Shown piece by piece: positions 20,301-27,365 of a stretch of DNA of 64,000 nucleotides. The notes below the pieces were generated by a model that saw only the letters and a list, made by a program, of their open reading frames with translations, ran no database searches and was not told the DNA's origin. The stretch spans positions 2,786 through 66,785 of the forward strand of contig JAWXUF010000001.1 in the NCBI GenBank assembly GCA_044432865.1, read 5' to 3'. Made by a program: the position numbers and the translations under genes. Every line of letters begins with the position of its first letter. The stretch's first letter is position 1. The DNA comes from a bacterium (GTDB lineage: Bacteria; Bacillota_I; Bacilli_A; Acholeplasmatales; Anaeroplasmataceae).

Positions 20301-20351
20301 GATTCTTGAAATTGAATCATCAGATGGTTCTAATTTTAGTATACTTTCCAT
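17328..20351 (-). CDS. Large cytoplasmic multidomain protein: N-terminal TPR-like repeats, central alpha/beta region, degenerate GGDEF-like and degenerate EAL-like domains
   Basis: 1,007 aa counted from the ATG at 20351. The GGGAG RBS overlaps the ysnB stop, and the track start (GTG at 20360) lies inside the RBS. TPR/Rap-like helices span about aa 95-290. The AYHNPITNLKNNQSL ... YHLNFDKIIVLV ... TYGTY segment aligns to a GGDEF fold with NFDKI in place of GGDEF. The C-terminal 240 aa align to an EAL fold with substitutions at all the motifs I checked (FTQ for YQP, YES for EAL, KIDR for EITE, NNID for DDFG, LNETN for AEGVE). Confidence 0.6.
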   Translation of the reverse strand: MESILKLEPSDDSISRIQRFLNKTSVDDEEHAIVVCHLLSLYSKTKQIDFMVNVVEAFTKKYKSENLITILDKFIELTIDDYRKECLDAINQKKELLNSYDTEIYYQDMILFHKNDIGERIRYINLFLQDDTSKANRLAGMFLLAKAYFDGNEFYKFNKNLDTTKELALELGDFEVFESLLYYEATNYYQLEEYEKSLEILNSNPVRSEYFGSKVNLLTLKIYFKKGNYKRCSILEAKYEEVMERASTDVKKDYYQLCIELYTILQNRQSIELYKQRLKEVSNVKVYKEIDYIHQNIIKAIKIKKPKENTNIETPVFKKIKKTKPTLNEMSDFYQETIDIFKPFQSNERFREQLRLSLIKLNEKVPFNDCYIITKEFESFHFKKERLYIKKDVTLEIIDNFHQSDVEIISFNTQRDNLFNPFNNEIIEFNYATIFPLFTDKCFGAIYFVSENHNMIEGVLNFEKLHCFAKFYNSISVINYEKERVFYETESKLEILGSKMFYYAFSDTDYFYCNKEITNLLGVKNKVTFNSFVSNISMDDYKEFLANYNSLSIEDNYFEQLVTFNNEKKVLIKTTKISDYKLLFIFEDYTKVESNKRDLIVTAYHNPITNLKNNQSLNVEIYKYFDMKKFSAILLNFKDLKKYTYLYQEKFSMDILKCIGQLLPEFNKDYDYYHLNFDKIIVLVKDTNDKRVLKQIINKLDQYLIEKLSLINNRLIPRFTYGTYRSTVDTKEKSLDKMLEILSDSILNVDDFLDENVGFYDIELYKERFLREQLITYISESIDQKNLGILFTQCVNVNDSLIEFYESKLNLSNYKVDVRILEEVIKRKNMTTTLEQYLIQRTFHEMNLISSKIDYSINVVIKIDEYSLVKKSFVNYLEEMAKQFKITKERVILKIDRVYNGAVDNIIYLMNQGYHIALNNIDDLSLVKPSYFLLKNFKNMNEFNDEYIKSLSNILSNLDVKFVLNETNKNEEIEHYKKYINCYMGKVYNQQLTYIDIINIFKSKLGI

Positions 20352-20363
20352 AACATTCACTCC

Positions 20364-20789
20364 CTACAAATATTTTATTTCAAACTTATCATTTTCAAAT
20401 ACAATATACGAACCATTATCTCTTATTGATCCTGGATTGTACATTGTAATATCCTCTTCAACTTTTGTAATCCTATGGGTATGTCCAAAAATTACAATAT
20501 TACACATTGAGCTTTTAGTATGGTAATATAAATTGTTTAATGTAAATTTCACATTAAACATGTGTCCATGAGTTAAAAGAACTTTTTTGTTTTCTATTTC
20601 TATTATTAATTCATTTGGTAATTGTATATTATCACAATTTCCTTTTACACTTATGATATTATATTTTTTTAACTGTTCATTAGATAATTCACTATCTCCA
20701 AGACAATAAAATATACCTTCTTCACGACTAACTAATCTTTCTAATGAATCAATATCGTTATGTAGATCACTAAAAAATATTATTTTCAT
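20364..20789 (-). CDS. ysnB: YfcE/YsnB-type metallophosphoesterase
   Basis: 141 aa with MKIIFFSDLHND, GDS, GNCD and GHTH motifs. It overlaps rdgB by 20 nt, matching the B. subtilis ysnA-ysnB pair. Confidence 0.8.
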   Translation of the reverse strand: MKIIFFSDLHNDIDSLERLVSREEGIFYCLGDSELSNEQLKKYNIISVKGNCDNIQLPNELIIEIENKKVLLTHGHMFNVKFTLNNLYYHTKSSMCNIVIFGHTHRITKVEEDITMYNPGSIRDNGSYIVFENDKFEIKYL

Positions 20790-21351
20790 TTAAGAAATTA
20801 AGAAGCAACTTTGTAGCTTCACTCCTATGTGATATATTATTTTTTTCATTTGAATCTAATTGAGCTAACGTTTTTTCATAACCATTAGGAATGAATATAG
20901 GATCATAACCAAATCCATTTGTACCATTTTTTTCTTTTGATATGATACCATTTAAAATTCCTTCAAAATAATACACATTTTCTGATGTATATAAACATAG
21001 AGTACAGTTAAAAAAAGCATCTCTTTGTTCATGTAGTTGTTCTAATATATAATCCATTTTTTCATCAAAACTATCCAAATTCATGTATCTAGCAGAATGA
21101 ATTCCTGGAGCATTATTTAAGGCTTTAACACATAATCCTGAATCATCAGAAAGTACAGGTTTATTAAATAATTCAAAAATAGTTTTTCCCTTAATAAAGG
21201 CATTTTCTTTAAATGTTAAACCGTCTTCTACTATCTCATCGGCATAACATAACTCTTCTAAACCAATACATTTTATATTGTATTTATTAAGTATTTCATT
21301 AAACTCTTTTAGTTTTCCTTTATTGCTCGTAGCTATAATAATTTCATGCAT
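20770..21351 (-). CDS. rdgB: Non-canonical purine NTP pyrophosphatase (RdgB/HAM1 family)
   Basis: 193 aa with IIIATSNKGKLKEF, E.G.TF.ENA, SDDSGL and FGYDPIF motifs. Confidence 0.9.
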   Translation of the reverse strand: MHEIIIATSNKGKLKEFNEILNKYNIKCIGLEELCYADEIVEDGLTFKENAFIKGKTIFELFNKPVLSDDSGLCVKALNNAPGIHSARYMNLDSFDEKMDYILEQLHEQRDAFFNCTLCLYTSENVYYFEGILNGIISKEKNGTNGFGYDPIFIPNGYEKTLAQLDSNEKNNISHRSEATKLLLNFLNENNIF

Positions 21352-21391
21352 ATTATCACCTCAAGTTATTGTATCATATTATTACTTTTTT

Positions 21392-21886
21392 TTAAACATT
21401 ACTTAAAGGTATGCCATCAATAATATTTACATATCCAAGTTTTTCAATATAGGTTCCTTCTACTTTAATTTTAAGAATATCATATCCTAAATTTGAAAAA
21501 GAGTTTCTTAATTGAGAAAATATTTGATATGATAATTCTTCTTCAAATCTTAAAAAATCTTCTGATAAATTAAGAATTAGTGTTTCGTCTTCCACTTCAT
21601 AATTTATTAAAGTTGTTGAAGTAATTAATTTTGTATCATATGATTCTTTAATTGAATTACTTTTGTTTGTTAGTAAATCAAATACATACTCAACTTCTAC
21701 TTTTTCGTTAAAAACAGTTGATACATAAACTAAAGTATCATTATCATAATAAAAAATATTATGTGAAACTCTTTGTACTTGCTCATATACTATTTCATAT
21801 TTTTCTACTTTATTATTAGATAACCCTAATCTAATAACAAAAACACTACATACTATAAATAATGGAATTATTATTTTCATTTTCAT
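21392..21886 (-). CDS. GerMN-domain (GerM-like) membrane-anchored protein
   Basis: A GGTGAT RBS plus ATG at 21886 gives MKMKIIIPLFIVCSVFV (anchor or signal). The C-terminal LNLSEDF ... Q(I)..(L)..S.. LGY ... IKVEG pattern resembles a single GerMN domain. gerM is near rph-ysnA-ysnB in B. subtilis. The track N-terminal extension to 21967 lacks an RBS and would overlap the divergent gene. Confidence 0.5.
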   Translation of the reverse strand: MKMKIIIPLFIVCSVFVIRLGLSNNKVEKYEIVYEQVQRVSHNIFYYDNDTLVYVSTVFNEKVEVEYVFDLLTNKSNSIKESYDTKLITSTTLINYEVEDETLILNLSEDFLRFEEELSYQIFSQLRNSFSNLGYDILKIKVEGTYIEKLGYVNIIDGIPLSNV

Positions 21887-21952
21887 TTTTATCACCATTA
21901 AATTATATGTATAAAATTTTAATATATGATATAATAAACAAGAGGTGATTTT

Positions 21953-22744
21953 ATGATAAATGATCAATCAATACGTTACAAAAAAGGACTTGGTTCTTAT
22001 TTCTTTATATTTTACATTGTTGCTGCTGTAGTATCTTTAGTAATACAGCAAATATACATTGATGTACATAAAATAAATTATGAAATATTGCAAAATATAA
22101 TTACGTCAGGTGACTATTTCCATTACTTAGAGGAGTTCCCAGTAACAACCGTTCAAATAATTCAAATGCTATCTTTAACTAATTTTGTTGTATATTCAAT
22201 ATTAGTAATTACACTTTTATATGTACTGAAGAAAGATTTTATTGAAGATGCTGTAATATTCAAAAAGGAAACATTAAATAAAACAATAAAAACTCTTATT
22301 ATATATAGCATCATTTTTATAACTCTAAATTATTCTATAAATTACATCATATATTTAATTCAAGGATTAATAGGATATGACTCTTCTTCTACTAACCAAA
22401 TATTTATTGAAGTCGCTTTATCAAAAGCAACAATTCTTACAGTAATATCAACAGTAATTTTGGGTCCAATAGCTGAAGAATTAATTTTCAGGAAATGTTT
22501 CTTTGGATTAATTAAAAATAAAAAACTTGCATTATTAGCAAGTTCATTAGTATTTGGGTTTATTCACATTATATCGTCTATTGGATCATTTGATTTTTTA
22601 GAAACAATAATGCTACTTATCCCTTATATAACAGCAGGTATATTACTTGGTTTAATATATATAAAGACAGAATTAAATATTTATTATGTAACAATAATTC
22701 ATATATTAGTTAATTTAATTTCTATTATTCTTATTCTTATCTAA
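21953..22744 (+). CDS. CPBP-family intramembrane glutamic endopeptidase (CAAX protease/Abi family)
   Basis: 263 aa and polytopic, with GPIAEELIFRKCFFG (EExxxR) and FGFIH motifs. A GAGGTGA RBS lies upstream. Confidence 0.85.
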   Translation: MINDQSIRYKKGLGSYFFIFYIVAAVVSLVIQQIYIDVHKINYEILQNIITSGDYFHYLEEFPVTTVQIIQMLSLTNFVVYSILVITLLYVLKKDFIEDAVIFKKETLNKTIKTLIIYSIIFITLNYSINYIIYLIQGLIGYDSSSTNQIFIEVALSKATILTVISTVILGPIAEELIFRKCFFGLIKNKKLALLASSLVFGFIHIISSIGSFDFLETIMLLIPYITAGILLGLIYIKTELNIYYVTIIHILVNLISIILILI

Positions 22745-23653
22745 CATTTTTAAATTAGGTTTATCCTCATAAAAATTTAAGTAATCAATTAAAGACAATG
22801 AAAAATTGTCTTTTTTATTTAATATTTTGTTTGTTATTGCTTTATCAATTATATTGTCACACAAATACTTATAAATATGAGAGTGATTTTTTTTATAATA
22901 AATAAAATCAAGAGATGATAAATAATTTTCAATCAAATCAGATATCTCATAATGATTATTAACCGAAACATCAATTAAGTTTTCACTATACTTGTTTGTA
23001 ATATCTACAACCGGTAGATATTGTAATAACTCCCTAACAATATCTCTATTTCCAAATTTAACTGCATAAAAAAATACTGATTCATCATTATTATTTTTTT
23101 GATTTATCAAAAATCTATTAGCATACTTCTTAACTAATTTAAGATTGTTATATTTAACTGCATAATGCAATATAGAATCATTTATATGATTATAATGTAT
23201 ATTTCCATCATCAAACTTTTCAACGTCATGATAATTAAATTTAATAGACTTTAATAATGCATTCTCTTGTTTATTATTAACTAGAGTCAAATCTGTATTA
23301 TCTGTTAAAAAATCTACTACAGCTTGATTATTTGTCTTAATTGCATAGAATAGTGCAACATTACCAAAACAATCTTTAATGTTTGCATTCGCTTTATTTC
23401 TTATTAATATTTTAATTATTCCTAATCTACCTTTTATAGCTGCATCAAACAAAGGACTTTGCCCATTAGAGTCTTTTAAATCGATATCAATATCATAATC
23501 AATTAAAACATTTATACAATCTATTGCTTTACCTAAAACAGCATAGTGTAATAAACCTCTTCCAAATTCATCTTGCACATTAAGACTACTGTATTGCAAA
23601 TACTTTTTTAATTCTAACAAATTATTCCTTTTTACTTCAAATAAAATATCCAT
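22715..23653 (-). CDS. Ankyrin-repeat protein (about 6 repeats), no signal peptide
   Basis: Repeated G..LLHYAV ... ID..D..G.SPLF.A and ILHYAVKYNNLKLVK-type 33-aa ANK units. Its 3' end overlaps the CPBP gene convergently by 30 nt. Confidence 0.8.
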   Translation of the reverse strand: MDILFEVKRNNLLELKKYLQYSSLNVQDEFGRGLLHYAVLGKAIDCINVLIDYDIDIDLKDSNGQSPLFDAAIKGRLGIIKILIRNKANANIKDCFGNVALFYAIKTNNQAVVDFLTDNTDLTLVNNKQENALLKSIKFNYHDVEKFDDGNIHYNHINDSILHYAVKYNNLKLVKKYANRFLINQKNNNDESVFFYAVKFGNRDIVRELLQYLPVVDITNKYSENLIDVSVNNHYEISDLIENYLSSLDFIYYKKNHSHIYKYLCDNIIDKAITNKILNKKDNFSLSLIDYLNFYEDKPNLKMLDKNKNNRN

Positions 23654-23674
23654 AGGTACTCCCTTCTAGATTAT

Positions 23675-23716
23675 AAAGAAAAATAACTACAAATAAATTA
23701 ATATTTGTAGTTATTC
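23675..23716 (-). terminator. Terminator after hup
   Basis: 14-bp stem aataactacaaata/tatttgtagttatt (23682..23695 and 23702..23715), followed on the minus strand by a T-rich tract. Confidence 0.75.
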
Positions 23717-23718
23717 TA

Positions 23719-23991
23719 TTATCTTACGTTATCTTTTAAACCTTTACCAGCTTTAAATGCAGGTGATTTTAATTCAGGAATTGAGATTTCTTCTCCGCTT
23801 CTTGGATTACGACCAGTTCTTGCTTGTCTAGTTCTAACTTCAAAAGTTCCGAATCCAGATACTACTACTTTTTCATCTTTTGATAATGTCTCAGTAATTG
23901 TATCTAAGAAAGTGTCGATTACTTCTTCTGTTTGTAATCTAGTCATGTTTAACTTATCAGCAACGATTGATACTAATTCATTTTTATTCAT
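23719..23991 (-). CDS. hup: Nucleoid protein HU
   Basis: 90 aa: MNKNELV ... GFGTFEVRTRQARTGRNPRSGEEI.IP..K.P.FKAGK. Confidence 0.95.
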   Translation of the reverse strand: MNKNELVSIVADKLNMTRLQTEEVIDTFLDTITETLSKDEKVVVSGFGTFEVRTRQARTGRNPRSGEEISIPELKSPAFKAGKGLKDNVR

Positions 23992-24030
23992 TTTTATTTC
24001 CTCCTACTAAGAAAACCTTATTCGATATAC

Positions 24031-24059
24031 ATTATACCAACATTTTCGACATATTTCAA
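24031..24059 (-). promoter_or_regulatory. Sigma-A-type promoter of hup with extended -10
   Basis: On the minus strand: TTGAAA (24054..24059), a 17-nt spacer ending in TGg, TATAAT (24031..24036), and a GGAGG RBS downstream. Confidence 0.65.
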
Positions 24060-24117
24060 TGTTTTTTTAATTATTTTATTTTTTTTGTTGATATTAGATA
24101 TTTTTTCGAAAATATCG

Positions 24118-25287
24118 TTATTTTATATCTCTATCACCACATAGTAACTTAGGTGTTGTTGAATCAAGCAACATTGCACCTAAAGGTGCTGTAATTAAAA
24201 TAGTAAGTACAGCAAGTGATAAAATTAAATTACCAACTTCAAGACCTTGTGATAAAGCAACTGCTCCAATGGATGCTTGTACTGTAGCTTTCGGTAAGTA
24301 ACCTATAACACAAAAAATTTTCTCTTTAATATTAATGTTTGTTCCAATTAAACAAATTAAAACACCAAGTGATCTAAATGATAAAGTAATAGTTAATAAT
24401 AACAAAGCTTCAAAACCATAATTAAAAGCTAGTTCTAAATCAACAATACCTCCAACAAATACAAATAAGAATATTTCAAAGATGAACCACAACTTGTTAT
24501 AATTAGTTTTAACTTCTTCAATCTTGTTAATTTTAGTTAGAAATAGTCCAATTATTATTATTGAGATAAGACTTTGAAATTGGATGTAATCAACTACTAA
24601 TGTTTCTAGTAAAACAAGACATAAAGAAATTAGTAATGTTACTATGACAATTACATATTTATTTACATTTAATTTTGTAAATATTGTTCTTAATAAAAAA
24701 CCAAAGACTATACCTACACCAACACCAAGAATTATTCCAATAGGAAGTTGAATCAATTGAGTAGTAATACTTGAATCACTAAACATACCTAGCACAGAAT
24801 AAAACACTGTAATTACAAATATATCATCCACAGACGACCCAGCAAGTAATAGTTCCGGCATATTACTATTGTACTTATCTTTGTATTTAATCATTCTCGG
24901 CACAATAATTGCCGGAGAAACTGCAGCAAGTACACTCCCTAGTAATAATGCTTCTAGATGATCAATTGGTAAAATTAAAGGACCAAAAATAACAGTAGCT
25001 ACTATTTCAAATATAGCAGGTATGAAACATATTAATATTGCTGTTTTTCCTAACTTCCTTAATTTAGAAATATCTAATGATAAACCTGCTCTTGTAAGTA
25101 TTATTACTAAAGCAATTTTCCTAAGATATCCACCTATCGTAGACATCTCTGCATTAAAGATAGATAAGTATCCTAGAATTATACCAAAAACAATATATCC
25201 GATTAATTTTGGCACTTTTATTAAATTAAAGATATAACTAATTATAATACCTACTACTAAAATTACTACTAGTAATAATACACTCAC
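24118..25287 (-). CDS. Cation:proton antiporter (Na+/H+ exchanger family)
   Basis: 389 aa with about 11-12 predicted TM helices and a CPA-type pattern (LTRAGLSL, SPAIIVP, SSVDDIF). Confidence 0.8.
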   Translation of the reverse strand: MSVLLLVVILVVGIIISYIFNLIKVPKLIGYIVFGIILGYLSIFNAEMSTIGGYLRKIALVIILTRAGLSLDISKLRKLGKTAILICFIPAIFEIVATVIFGPLILPIDHLEALLLGSVLAAVSPAIIVPRMIKYKDKYNSNMPELLLAGSSVDDIFVITVFYSVLGMFSDSSITTQLIQLPIGIILGVGVGIVFGFLLRTIFTKLNVNKYVIVIVTLLISLCLVLLETLVVDYIQFQSLISIIIIGLFLTKINKIEEVKTNYNKLWFIFEIFLFVFVGGIVDLELAFNYGFEALLLLTITLSFRSLGVLICLIGTNINIKEKIFCVIGYLPKATVQASIGAVALSQGLEVGNLILSLAVLTILITAPLGAMLLDSTTPKLLCGDRDIK

Positions 25288-25297
25288 AAAAATTCAC

Positions 25298-27292
25298 CTA
25301 CCATTTCGCTTTTGATGCTAATACATAAGGATATACTTCTTTTATTCCTTTATCCATTAATTTATTTCCAACTACTGTCATTGACCATCCAGAATTAATA
25401 ATACTATCAAGAACAATTATTTTATTTATTCCACTAAACTCTTTTATTTCGTACGATTTATATGCATTAGCAAATTGATAGACAGAATTTTCCATTTCAC
25501 TTTGTTTCTTATATTTATCAACTTCTATTAGATCAATGTATTTTATATTTAAAACGCTAGCTAATTCTTTTGTAAATTCATGATTATCAATACAAGTAAT
25601 ATATTCAAAACCATTTGATACAACTTCTTTAAGAATCTCTACTGATTTTTCTATTAACTCTTTTTTATGTAAAGAAATATTTTTCACCATCGTACCATAA
25701 CCAATCTCATTATATCTACATAAACAAATTCCTTCATTTAGTATAAATGGTAATTTCTTTCTACTTGGAAGTTGCTTTTTAGGTAATATAGGAATTATTA
25801 ATTTATTTAAATAAATTAACGAATCATTTATTTTATCACTATAATCTTCAAATTTATAAACATCATTTTTAATACAATTACTGCATATACCACAATTTTT
25901 ACTACTAGGATCATCAAGTGTATCAGCAATAAATTTACTATAACAATCATCTGTTGTAATGTAATCGTTAAATTCTACTAACTCTTTTTTTCTTGTTTTA
26001 GTTATTGAATCATAATGTTTTTTATCATAAAAATAATCTTCATTAAGAAGTTTATATTCACTTTTGTTTTTTTCTACATATTCATCATTTTCTAAAAACA
26101 TTAATGCTTTCTTGATTTTAGATAATGATGTATTAAATTTATTTTGCATTTGAGTAATTGTCATACTTCCATTCTTTAGCGCATTAATAATATTATACGA
26201 TATATCTTCATCAGCAAAAGCATTATCAATAAATGACTCTAATATTTCAACGTCACTTTTATCATTCATTAAAATGGCGTAACTAAAGGGTATATTTCTT
26301 CCAGCTCTTCCAATTTGCTGATAGTATGAAACAAGATTATTAGGTTGTTGAAAGTGTATTACGAATGATATATCCATCTTATCATAACCCATTCCTAACT
26401 TTATTGTAGACACTATAGCTTTGATTTTATTACTTTCAAATATCTTAATATTATCTTCAGCATTTTCAATACCAGAGTGATATGCTAAAGTATTATATCC
26501 ATTTTCATTTAAAAAGTTAGTTAACATATCACAGTCTCTTTGAGTCAAACAATAAATTATTCCTACACCTGGTAATAACTCAAGATTCTTTAGTAACCAT
26601 GCGTATCGGTGTGTTCTATCATTAAAATTTAAAACTTGAATAGCAATATTATTTCGTTGTAAATTGCCTCTAGTTATATGTAAATTTGTTGAGAGTTTTA
26701 ATTTTAAATCTTCTACTACTCTATTATTTGCTGTTGCTGTTGTTGCAAGTATTGGAATTTCATTACTAAGTGATGATACAATTTTATTTAATTTTGAATA
26801 TTCTAATCTAAAATCATGACCCCAATCAGAAATACAATGCGCTTCATCAATAACAAAACAACTAATATTTAAATTAAACAATCTTTGTTTAAAATCATTT
26901 GTAAATAAAGTTTCTGGTGTAATTAGTAATAAATCTAAATTATTATTATCTAAGTCATTTAATATACTTTCTTTTCTATCTTTACTTGTACTATTAAAAA
27001 CTTCTGTTTTTAATCCTAATTTAATCGCAGCATTATATTGATTTTCCATTAGAGCAAGCAATGGACTAACAACTAAAGTTATTCCATTGTTTCTTCTTTT
27101 TAGTAATTTAGTAGCAATAAAATATACAAGACTTTTTCCCCATCCTGTTTTTTGAACAACTAAAGTTCTCTTACCTAATACTACTGCTTCTATGGCTTCA
27201 TATTGATCTTCCCTAAATGAAGCATTTTCTCCATATAATTGTTTTAATGCATTACTTGCTTCTTTAAAAATCTCTTCATTTATTATATCCAC
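25298..27292 (-). CDS. RecQ-family DNA helicase with C-terminal phosphoribosyltransferase-like domain
   Basis: GTG start preceded by a GGTGGGG RBS. Helicase motifs are QKTGWGKS, VIDEAHCISDWGHDFR and YQQIGRAGR. A winged-helix-like segment and Cys cluster C..(17)..CGICSNC follow. The last 120 aa or so carry a PRPP-loop-like motif KIIVLDSIINSGWSMT. Confidence 0.85.
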   Translation of the reverse strand: MDIINEEIFKEASNALKQLYGENASFREDQYEAIEAVVLGKRTLVVQKTGWGKSLVYFIATKLLKRRNNGITLVVSPLLALMENQYNAAIKLGLKTEVFNSTSKDRKESILNDLDNNNLDLLLITPETLFTNDFKQRLFNLNISCFVIDEAHCISDWGHDFRLEYSKLNKIVSSLSNEIPILATTATANNRVVEDLKLKLSTNLHITRGNLQRNNIAIQVLNFNDRTHRYAWLLKNLELLPGVGIIYCLTQRDCDMLTNFLNENGYNTLAYHSGIENAEDNIKIFESNKIKAIVSTIKLGMGYDKMDISFVIHFQQPNNLVSYYQQIGRAGRNIPFSYAILMNDKSDVEILESFIDNAFADEDISYNIINALKNGSMTITQMQNKFNTSLSKIKKALMFLENDEYVEKNKSEYKLLNEDYFYDKKHYDSITKTRKKELVEFNDYITTDDCYSKFIADTLDDPSSKNCGICSNCIKNDVYKFEDYSDKINDSLIYLNKLIIPILPKKQLPSRKKLPFILNEGICLCRYNEIGYGTMVKNISLHKKELIEKSVEILKEVVSNGFEYITCIDNHEFTKELASVLNIKYIDLIEVDKYKKQSEMENSVYQFANAYKSYEIKEFSGINKIIVLDSIINSGWSMTVVGNKLMDKGIKEVYPYVLASKAKW

Positions 27293-27332
27293 TAGTACCC
27301 CACCTATCTATTCAATTATACTTTAAAATAAT

Positions 27333-27358
27333 AAAAAAAAGAATAGTTTCCTATTCTT
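27333..27358 (-). terminator. Terminator after spoIVA
   Basis: 8-bp stem aagaatag/ctattctt (27339..27346 and 27351..27358) followed on the minus strand by a T-run. Confidence 0.7.
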
Positions 27359-27365
27359 TTAATAT

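Noticed and set aside
21887-21967. N-terminal extensions in the ORF track: the GerM-like gene to 21967, the RNHCP gene to 29884, the SpoVIF-like gene to 30177, pncA to 61068, spoIVA to 28850, nusB to 16725, and others.
   Set aside because: In each case a strong Shine-Dalgarno sequence sits inside the extension at correct spacing from an internal ATG or GTG. In addition, the extension would overlap a divergent gene start or run through a terminator hairpin (29879..29898).
24045-24051. Additional Spo0A-box heptamers: TGTCGAA on the minus strand within the hup promoter spacer (24045..24051), and on the plus strand upstream of the giant gene (50609..50615).
   Set aside because: A rough base-composition estimate predicts several chance occurrences of this 7-mer per 64 kb on both strands. 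Neither site has a second box or other support, so I do not annotate either as regulatory.
24097-24116. An AT-rich inverted repeat gatatttt/aaaatatc just downstream of the antiporter stop codon, considered as a terminator.
   Set aside because: No T-run follows on the minus strand (the relevant strand). The stem is purely A/T apart from the end pairs. It may still pause transcription, but it does not meet the Rho-independent pattern.
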